This document shows positions 55,171-64,000 of a DNA stretch of 64,000 nucleotides, piece after piece (position 1 is the stretch's first letter; the number at the start of each line of letters is the position of its first letter). A program made the translations under genes and the position numbers. This stretch comes from Cyanophora paradoxa CCMP329 (Eukaryota; Plantae; Glaucophyta). The stretch spans positions 62,001 to 126,000 of the forward strand of contig QPMI01000559.1 in the NCBI GenBank assembly GCA_004431415.1, written 5' to 3'. The notes under the pieces were generated by a model. That model was not told where the DNA came from. It did not search any database and worked only from the letters and a program-made list of their open reading frames with translations.

Positions 55171-57047
55171 TCAAGGCCGAGAGACTGCGCTGCAGCTGCC
55201 GATGACGTAGATGGCGTGCGGTTCGGAGCAGGGCCGCTGCAACGTTACCGAATCAGATCGAGGGTGCAACAGTATTTCGCCGCGAGAGCACCTGACGACA
55301 CTCGAGACTATGACAGTGATGTCGTCCATCTTACCGCCAAAGAAGCGGTAACCACACTGGCGAGCCTTCACAGCAAAGGGGCTCTGACGAATGGAGCTTT
55401 TCGCGAGCTCATGGGCCTGCAGATGTATAAGCACATGGCCAAAAAATAAACCGGAGCACTTGACGGCTTTGCACCTTTTCTGCAAGCTTAGAGGCCAGCT
55501 CAGTTGCATATGCTGTACCTGCCCGCTTTCCATCTGCTGCATTGCTCGCTCTGAAGCAGAAAGCGCGGACATCGTGCAGAGCAGACCGATGGGCTCTTGG
55601 ATCTCACAGATGCTGATAATTTCGTGGTCGTAAACATTGTCCCAGAGCCCATCCGTTCCAGTCACAATCAAATCGCCCTCCTGGAACTTCGTGTCAAGAG
55701 AGCGTCAGCGAAGGAAATGCAACATTTGCGCACCTGGACTTGAACAAAAACGCGATCGCTGTGCTCTGGCGTATCCTGCTCGCAGAGTCAATACATCAGC
55801 GAATTTGCTCGTCGCGAGTATTGGCTGACTGTGGACTCGGTCCCAAGCTGGTAGGGACAGTTGAAGTAATGTTGCTGTTCAGGGGACCGGTACACAATGT
55901 CACTCCCACGGAGCTGCAGCGCGCAAAGAATGGGACCCTCGCAGGTGGACGCGAAGAAAAACACAAGGACATACGACCATGATTCCCGAATCGCCCAGGT
56001 TAGCGCCGTGCAGCACGTGCTGATCGCCATCGAGAATCGCGACACAACACGTGCTGGAGCCTGGGGCCTCAACCTGGCGCCCTCTCTTAGAAGAGGTGAT
56101 TCGATTCTGCTCGGAACGACTCACCTTGGACAGAGCGTAATGCATCGCCATAATTGGGTCGCGGACACCCAGCTTGACAATGGCCTCCTCACACCCCTGC
56201 ATGAGTTGCCTGCATGCTCATCAGAACGCACTCGCGTTCGGCCATGGGTGTCGCGGCGAACCGAGAGAAGAGACCGGGATCAATGCCCTGAGTCGCCCAA
56301 CCTCCGACACCATCCGCAACACCAACCGCGCTGGTGTCATCACAGATAAAGAAAGCATCCTCGCCGCCTCTGTACGCCTTCTCCGGATGCGGGATCATAC
56401 TTGCGCCTGGATCAAGCCGTGAGCAAAGAAAAGCTCCGTGTTGCTAGAAACAAATGGGCCGACCAGAGAGGATGCGAAGGGGGCTCTTCGCCGACTGCTG
56501 CTTCCCGGAGTCAGCCTTCGAGCTTGGAACAGCGGAGTCCTCCGCCGTTGCTGAATCCTGCGAATGCAAGCTAAATGATACAAGTACGGCTGAAGTGGAA
56601 GTGGCCCCACCTTCGCGTTGATCGGACCCGAGAACAGCGCGCCCGCGCCGGGGATGCTGGACCGACACCGCTTGGAGAGCGCGTCCAACGCTTCCCGCAG
56701 GCTGTTCGGAAGCGCCGGACCCCAGAGGGGGACATGGAGCTTGCGGGCTGAATGCCAGACGCCGCTTTCAGCAACACCGTGGATCGGCCGAACGAGGGGG
56801 GACTGGACGCTGTGCAGGAAGCTTCGCGCGTGCGAAGGCTCGAGCCAGGAGGCCGGATACAAGCCCTGCGACGGCCGGGACGGGCGCCAGACACGTGCGG
56901 ATGCCGAGGCCCTGCGACGCGCGCGCCATCTGGAACGGCCAGAGGCGCGACGGGCGGCGCACGTGCGCACCTGACAGGAGCATCGTGGCGGAGGGGGACC
57001 GATCCCGCGTCGGGAACCCGGCAGTGCTGGAGGCCGACGACGAACAT
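55171..57047 (-). CDS. PTC7: PTC7-type PP2C phosphatase with organellar presequence
   Basis: IPHPEK..GGEDAFF, GVADGVGGW, GSST, ANLGDSG, QQHYFNCPYQLG, TDGLWDN and GGKMDDITVIV. Confidence 0.92.
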
Positions 57048-58839
57048 AGTGGTGGTCGGGAACGGTATACGGTGTCCGAGCGTACGGACTAAGACCGCCG
57101 CACCAACCGTGCGCTGAGCCACCTTGAGCTCGGGCCTTGGGCACTTGAAGTCGGAAGTCTCGGGGCAGGGTACAGAGTACTTCAGTTGTCCTTTACCGGC
57201 CCGATTTCGATGCTGACGTCGACCAAGACCGATTACGATCGATTCGATCATGATTACAATTTTATTAGGACGTCCTAGCTTGATGTCATTGCATTTGATG
57301 CATATGATCACGTGCACTGCAGCTGCGCATGCAGCTGCCAGGCTGCAGCGCTAGCTGTGAGTCAACCTGTGAGTCAGTGACTCTAGACCCCGGTCGGCAG
57401 AGCTCGCGATCGCGATCGAGGCTCGACCCAGGCCCCCGGCGCCCCCTAGCTATAGCTTGCAATTGGCTTTCACCCCTCTCTCGCTCGCCTGGCTGCCCAG
57501 CTGCAGCTCTGCGGCCCGTACGCGTCCCCCCCGGCTCAGCCCTCTGCCCAACAGCCCCCCGTCAGCACTCTCGCGGTCTAGCGTCGACGTCCGCCCCGAA
57601 ATCGTCCAAAATCGTTTCTATACCGGCATCAACTGGAGCCCACTCGCCGAGGAGTACCTGCGCATGCGGCGCAACCGTGCAGCAGCAACCGTGCAGCAGT
57701 TCTGTGTTGATGGCTGGCCCGAAGGCGCCCTCGGGAGGCCGCGGTGGTGGACGCGGCGGCTCCGGAGGGGGCCGCGGCGCCTCTGGAGGCAGTCGCGGCA
57801 GCTCTAGCGGTGGCTACGGTGGCGGACGTGGCGGTGGTGGTGGCGGCGGCCGTGGCGGTGCCCCGACGCAGCCCCAGGGCGTCCCCTTCCAGGCCACGAC
57901 CTGCGCCTCACGCCCGCCGGGGACGATGGGCATCTCCTACGCGGCCGCCGGGCCTGCGCATGCCCCCCGCCGCCCTCCGCTCCCCTTGACGACGAGCCCA
58001 TGCCCGACGCCCCGACCGCGCCGTCGCCCCGTCATACATTAAGAAATACTGCACAATTGACACGTGCACTGTGACAGGGCGCTCGCATGCGCAAGCCTCC
58101 GCGCGCGCGAAACAAACGCACCAGTGGCAAGGTTGGGAAAGAAAATGTGGTGCACTTACCACAGCTCGCGAAAAAAAGTCGGTCCCCACAACTCGGTTTG
58201 TATGACAGGGGGGGGAGCAAGTCGACTTGGAAAATCCCTACGCCGGTCAATTAAATCTTTTCATATATATGGCATATATATGCATTCTTATAGAGCTTAT
58301 TTCTTTCTATCAGTAGTTTTAACGAGATCGAGGAGAGATTCCGGTCGGCGGTCGCTGGCAGATCTAGAGAGAAGTTCAACAAACAGCACGCCTCTTGACA
58401 GTGTTGACACCAGCGCCCACATCAGCATTGCGTAGGCCCGAGGATCGAAGACAGCCAGGCAGTATAGTTTGGATGCGTCCGGGCGTACTGTGGCCTAGCG
58501 CGCCTTCGTTCTGCCGCAGCAGCGGCCGACGCACGACGCCCGCGCGCAGCGAGCACGACGCACTCATGATCCGCTACGGCTCGTGGTGCGCTCGTTGCCC
58601 CCGTTGCCCGGGCCCGTTGCCCCTGTCGCTGACAAACACGCAGGCTGACACTCCCGTAGTAGCCACTGCATGTACCTGTAGTAGCTACTGTACCTGTAGT
58701 AGCCACCATGCGGCTCTGCGGTCCGCGCGTCCGAGCCGGGGCCGACCGTCGGCCGCGGACGCGTGGCGGCGTGTCTCGGTGCTCGAGCAGGGCGCGACAG
58801 ACGCGGGCGACGACGGGGCGACGCGGGCGACGCGGGGCG

Positions 58840-59452
58840 GCGGGGCGGGCCCCGGCGGGCGGCGGAGGCCAGGCCGACGCGCGGCGGGTCTCGGTGCGCG
58901 AGCAGGGGCCGCGGGCGGCGCCGAGGGGCTGCCGACGACGGGGCGCAGGCCTGCGGCTTCGGGGGCGGCGGGGCGGGCCCTGGCGGGCGGCGTAGGCCAG
59001 GCCGACGCGCGGCGGCGGGTCTCGGTGCGCGAGCAGGGGCCGCGGGCGGCGCCGAGGGGCTGCCGACGACGGGGCGCAGGCCTGCGGCTTCGGGGGCGGC
59101 GGGGCGGGCCCCGGCGGGCGGCGTAGGCCAGGCCGACGCGCGGCGGCGGGTCTCGGTGCGCGAGCAGGGGCCGCGGGCGGCGCCGGGGCGCTGCGGACGA
59201 CGGGGCGTAGGCCTGCGGCTTCGGGGGCGGCGGGGCGGGCCCTGGCGGGCGGCGTAGGCCAGGCCGACGCGCGGCGGCGGGTCTCGGTGCGCGAGCAGGG
59301 GCCGCGGGCGGCGCCGAGGGGCTGCCGACGACGGGGCGCAGGCCTGCGGCTTCGGGGGCGGCGGGGCGGGCCCTGGCGGGCGGCGTAGGCCAGGCCGACG
59401 CGCGGCGGCGGGTCTCGGTGCGCGAGCAGGGGCCGCGGGCGGCGCCGGGGCG
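58840..59452. repeat. 131-bp GC-rich tandem repeat (about 4.7 copies)
   Basis: GGCCAGGCCGACGCG recurs at 58867, 58995, 59126, 59257 and 59388. Confidence 0.92.
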
Positions 59453-60109
59453 CATTCTTCTCAGGGCCTCTCCGTCCCGCCTGCTCTCCTGCTCTCCGTC
59501 CCTCTCCGAAACCCGCCGGCGCCCCGCCTGCGCCGTCTGGGTCGGCGAGCGCTTTGTTAAGCATGTACGAAGCTGTAAATGCATCTAGATGATGTATATC
59601 TCGCGTCCCAGGCGCTAGATGCGACCGGGCGGGCGAGAATCGTCCTGGGGCCAGATGGGGCCGCAGATTGCAGCGGATCTTGAATGCAGGTCCAGGCTTT
59701 AATCGGCGGTCTTCGGTACCACCACCACCGTCTTCAGCACCCTCGAAAACCCCCGGGGGCGTGAAATCGCCACTACTGAGTGAGTCGATGCTTCCGAAGT
59801 TCAATAAGGCATCATGAGCAGGTCAGGGTGGCATCTTGAAACTTGAAAACTGAAAAGTTCCAGAGAGAGTCCTACGCCGTGACGAGTGAAGTTCAAAACA
59901 TCGGTCCGGCCCAAAAACACTTCGGATCACCCTGGATCTTGGTGTGGTGACATTTATACATGTGATAATGATTCTGGCTTGAAGAGCGGCCAGCTGAGGC
60001 CAGCCAGTCGCCCAGGAACTCACTAGCTCACTGACTGTGAGCAGGCGATCTCCGCTGAGGATGCACCGACGGGGGCCGCGATGCATCAGCACACGCTCTA
60101 TCAAGGCTC

Positions 60110-60525
60110 GCATCGATTTGCGTTAGCGGTGGCCAAGCGAACCCCCGCGGCCGGGAGCGAAATTAGATCGCAAAGGCCCCCCCCCCTCATGATCATGATC
60201 AAGCCTTCTGGAGGAGAAGGCGATTCCCGGTTCCCGCTGCAGATGCACGCGCCGGAGCCGCGCTCCACCCGCACATGCTCTTTCGAGATGTGCATCGATC
60301 TGCGTTAACGGTGGTCCAGCGACTCGGCGAACCCTCGCGGTCTAGAGCGAAATTAGATCGCGCAGGTGCCCCCACCCCAAGCCTTCTGAAGGAGCAGGCG
60401 ATCTTCGCTGTGGATGCACCCCCGGGGACCGCGCTTCAACTGCACATGCTCTTTTGAGGTGTGCATCGATCTGCGTTAGCGGCGGCCCGGCGGCCCTCGC
60501 AGTAAGCAGCGAAATCAAATCTCCC
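60110..60525. repeat. Diverged tandem repeat of 170-180 bp (about 2.3 copies)
   Basis: GCATCGAT(T/C)TGCGTTA recurs at about 60110, 60292 and 60463. Confidence 0.7.
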
Positions 60526-62188
60526 AGGTGCCACCCGGCCCACCCACTGGACTCAGTGGAGCAGGTGCCTCTGGCCATGGCGGCGGGGGTGCGTGCCGCC
60601 GCCCGTACGCGAGCTCTGCGCGTGCTCTAGATGTGCCTCATGGCCCTAGACGTCTCAACCCGCATCGCCCCGCCGTTGCAGCCATGCCATCTGGAACCGC
60701 GGCCGCCTGCGTCTGCACACGAGGCCCGGGGCCGGGGCCGGGGCCTGCGGCGGCGAGGACGCGGCGGAGGAGGCGGAAGAGGGCGGCGCGGCGGAGGGGG
60801 CGGGGCGCGACGGGCCGGCCCAGGGGGCCCGGGGCCGGGGCGGCGGAGCGGGGCCCGCTGGAGCCGAGGAGGACGGCCGGCGGGGCCGCCGGGAGCGCCG
60901 CCAGGTCCCCCGCCTGGCCCTGCGCCGCCGCGGGCTCGAGGGGGGGTATACCCCGAGCACGGGCGGGTACGACAAACAGCGGTTCGCGCCCGAAGGATCC
61001 GACACAGCCAGCCGGCACCGTCGCCGTGAGGCTGGCATGCCGCTTAAGCTTGATTGCACACGAGCGCGCGTCTGCCTGGGCGCGGTGGGACACGAAGCGG
61101 GTCTGAGCGAAAGAAGCATGCCTCTGCGGCGTGCGTCCCGGTGCCTGCGGCAGGCGCCGGCGGATCCGATCAGGCCTAGGGCGCCGGCGCCGGCGCGGAG
61201 TGTGCGAACGCGGAGCTCGTGGGCGCGGCAGCGTGGCGCTTCGCCACGCACCTATTCGTGATGTATAGCTTGGCGCCATCCTGCGCCATCTTGGCGAACC
61301 GGCTCTCGTCGGGCCGCGGGCTGCGGCTAGCGCTGTACATGTAGTCAGCGCGCGCGGGTCGGGGGCGAGCCCAGATGCGAGAAAGATCACACCTGGCGCA
61401 CTGTAAGCTTGCTCTGAGACGAACTGGAGCTACTGGAGGTCGCCCGCGCTCGAGCCCGGAACCTTCTCAGATGGGGGGCCCTGCACAAACGCGACGGCCA
61501 TTTCGCGCAGCTGACGGAGCGAGGGCTGCCATCAAACACAGAGCTAGAGTGCTTGACTATCTAAACTTTGTCTGAAGCACTTTGAAAATCGTCGGGCTAG
61601 TTTTCGCGCACGCTTTCCTTGAAGGCGATCGAGTTTGACCAGACTCTTGGTTTTCGTCGCGGCGGTGCCCGAAGGCGGCCGTTCCTGCTCCATATGCGAC
61701 CTGGAGGCTAGCTGTGACGCTCTCTGCTGCGTGCGGAAGCTGCGGTGCGTGCTGGTCGCGCGCTTCGCCGAGTCGCGTACGTCTACCCCGGGTGTTTTAA
61801 CTTTTGTAGGGGAGAATTATTCGAGTCCCAAGTCGAGTCCCAGCCAAGTCGAATTGCGGGGACCGACTTTTTTTCGCGAGCTGTGTACATTGGGGGTGTG
61901 ACCCAGCGGAAGCCTGAAGCGGGAATGAATTGAGCAAGGACGTTTTTCTGCGAAGTTTTTGTTCCTGTTTTAATTCTTATATATCTTTTGTTTTCGTGTT
62001 TTTTTAAATGCGGAACTTTTTGCGAACTTTTTGTTTCGTGTTTTTTTAAATGCGGCCCGGGCCGGCCGCGCGCGCGCGCGCGGCCGGGCCGCCGGGCCGG
62101 GCGGCGGGCCCACGGCCGGCGCCCGCCGGGCCGCGCCGCGCGCGGCGGGGCATGCATGCGCATGCCCGCATACGTCCTACCGACGCTA

Positions 62189-62446
62189 CCGTGTAAGACT
62201 TAAATACCGCGTCACAAATTAGCGCGTTTCAAAAATTTGGGCCCCGATTTGCGCTTAATTTACCGCGCTACCAAATATTACCGCGTTCCATGCATCGTCT
62301 TCCGAAGTTCGAAAATGTATTATTTGTTAGCAAAGGGGGTAATACATATACTGCGCTACCAAATTACTGCGTTCTAAAACTTTTGAGCGCGGTAATTTGT
62401 CAGCGCGGTAGTTAAGTCAGCGCGGTATATAAGTCTTACACGCCGG
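62189..62446. mobile_element. pogo/Tc1-like MITE (about 260 bp)
   Basis: TA|CCGTGTAAGACTTAAATACCGCG ... CGCGGTATATAAGTCTTACACG(CC)GG. AT-rich interior with TACCGCG subterminal repeats. Confidence 0.75.
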
Positions 62447-63183
62447 TGCGTGCGCATGCATATGCCATGATGTGCGCATGCATGCGCATGAGCAGCTGCG
62501 CATGCACTGCGCATGCAGATATCGATCTATCTGTACGTATGGCGATATCGATCGCGATCAGCTGCAGGCAGCCTGGCAGCACTGCATGCACATGTGGCAC
62601 ACTGTGACATGTACGTACATACGTATATGCACGCGTGCAATTAATAAATATTGCAAGTGCACGTATGCATACACGCGTGTTAGGGACCTAGGCCTAGGTG
62701 CGCATACTACCCAGAAAGTTAATTGCACCACTCGGTTGGGATTTGTGTGTTGTAGCATGGCGGGGCGAGGGGGGCAGCGCGCTACGTATACGCGACAGCT
62801 GGCATGGCATGTGAGAGGCAGCATGTTGGAACATGGGGGCAAGGAGCATCAGCACCTCCGGTCCAGCCCTTTTCAACCTTTACATTTCCGTGGGAAGGAT
62901 CGGACCTGCCACAACGACCTCTCGCCGCCGTCGGGGCGGATCTGCCTCCTACGTCATTCGCATTTGGACACGTACTGAAACGCAGGTCCGGGCTACAAGT
63001 GTGGGAATGAGCCGTAACGCACATGAGCCGTCTATGTAGTAATCACAGATCAAAGCTAAGACGTCCTAATTATGATCGTAATCGCAGATCAAGGACGCCC
63101 TAATCGTAATCGCAGATCAAAGCTAAGACGTCGACGTCCTTATTATGATCGTAATTGCAGATCAAAGCTAAGACGTCGACGTC

Positions 63184-63901
63184 TTCGCAACACCAGCATG
63201 TCGCTGGCCAACAGAATTCGCAACACCAGCTGGAATGCCATGCACAAGTTGGCCAAGGTATGCGTAAGCTATCATTGGGTTGTTATCGTGTGGGGGAATC
63301 GACCTTGGTAGCTGCTTCTTCGAAACAAGCCGTTGAAAGATGCCGCGCAACAATGTACTCAACCCCACCAGGAACTTGCACAAGGGCTTCCAGGAGGGCA
63401 GCTTCTTCCTTCCGAGAAGTTCCTGTGCCAAGGAAGGAGCAATGCCATGGCAGGGGTTTGAGCAGAAAAACATTTAAGCAGGTCTTCCAACGTGTTGGCA
63501 TCATCACTTGCTCGTCTCACAGCTGAAAACGCTGCTGGAACCTGTAAATCTCGAAGTGAGAAGGCTTCAGGTATTCTTGAAGGGAAAAAAACGGACCGTG
63601 GGTGGCGCGTCAGGCTCTCGACTGCCGCCACTACGAGTACGCTGGTCTTGCGTTTCGACCCCCTCTGCCACACGGTCTTGATGCTTATTTTGCGCAGGTT
63701 CCGGCAGCTCCTGCAGCACGCCGTCCGGCGGCACCCCAAGGACGAGGACCCGCCGTGCACGCTCCAGCTCGTCTGCGAGGCCTGGACCTCGAAGACGTGC
63801 GGGGTGTGCGGCAAGATCAACTACGGGCTCGGCTCGAAGAGGGTCTTCGAGTGCCGCCCCGGGTGCGGCTTCCGGGCGGACCGCGACGGCAGCGCCGCGC
63901 G
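63184..63901 (+). pseudogene. Fanzor2/IS607-TnpB-like RNA-guided nuclease, C-terminal half, intron-containing and apparently disrupted
   Basis: RIRNTSWNAMHKLAK and FETS remnants. Splicing 63637-63697 gives VARQALDCRHYEFRQLLQHA...LVCEAWTSKTCGVCGKINYGLGSKRVFECRPGCGFRADRDGSAAR. Confidence 0.88.
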
Positions 63902-64000
63902 GTGCGTGTTGTGTCTATACACGCCTATACACAATCGCTGCCCCCCCCCCCGCCTAGTCCCGACACGGCCTAGCCACGGCGTAATTTTCCGTCTAGGGCC

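Larger units (their letters stand above)
58160..61885. mobile_element. 3.7-kb non-autonomous DNA transposon with CACAG...CTGTG ends, about 32-bp TIRs and 3-bp TSD TAC (CMC/CACTA-like)
   Basis: TAC|CACAGCTCGCGAAAAAAAGTCGGTCCCC ... GGGGACCGACTTTTTTTCGCGAGCTGTG|TAC. Confidence 0.75.

Noticed and set aside
63258-63311. Additional Fanzor intron after HKLAK
   Set aside because: It has GT...AG ends, but the unspliced reading (VCVSYHWVVI) resembles the expected motif and splicing does not put FETS in frame, so it is left unresolved.

Overview
GC-rich eukaryotic nuclear DNA with many short (about 50-70 nt) GT-AG introns. Several plastid-targeted proteins have Phe near the N-terminus of the presequence. 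This fits a flagellated archaeplastid alga such as the glaucophyte Cyanophora (inference). About 16 host genes are supported: FtrV, a ciliary MIP-like protein, histone H1, an oxoglutarate/dicarboxylate carrier, a CRM-domain protein, MCTS1/Tma20, a COX14-like protein, a hemerythrin-like protein, a CBS protein, RimM, SWC6/ZNHIT1, a MYND finger, a RING-H2 ligase, plastid PGK, a thioredoxin and a PTC7-type PP2C. They sit among dense mobile DNA: several LINE fragments, a long-TIR MITE family that also forms a 4.5-kb tandem array, a 3.7-kb CACAG-ended element with a 3-bp TSD, and a pogo-like MITE. The main finding is an intron-containing Fanzor2/TnpB-like RNA-guided nuclease relic at the right edge, missed by the ORF track because it is spliced. 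The second is a pervasive signature of short fold-back (palindromic) micro-insertions, seen when repeat copies are compared. All exon joins were inferred by eye and no database search was run.
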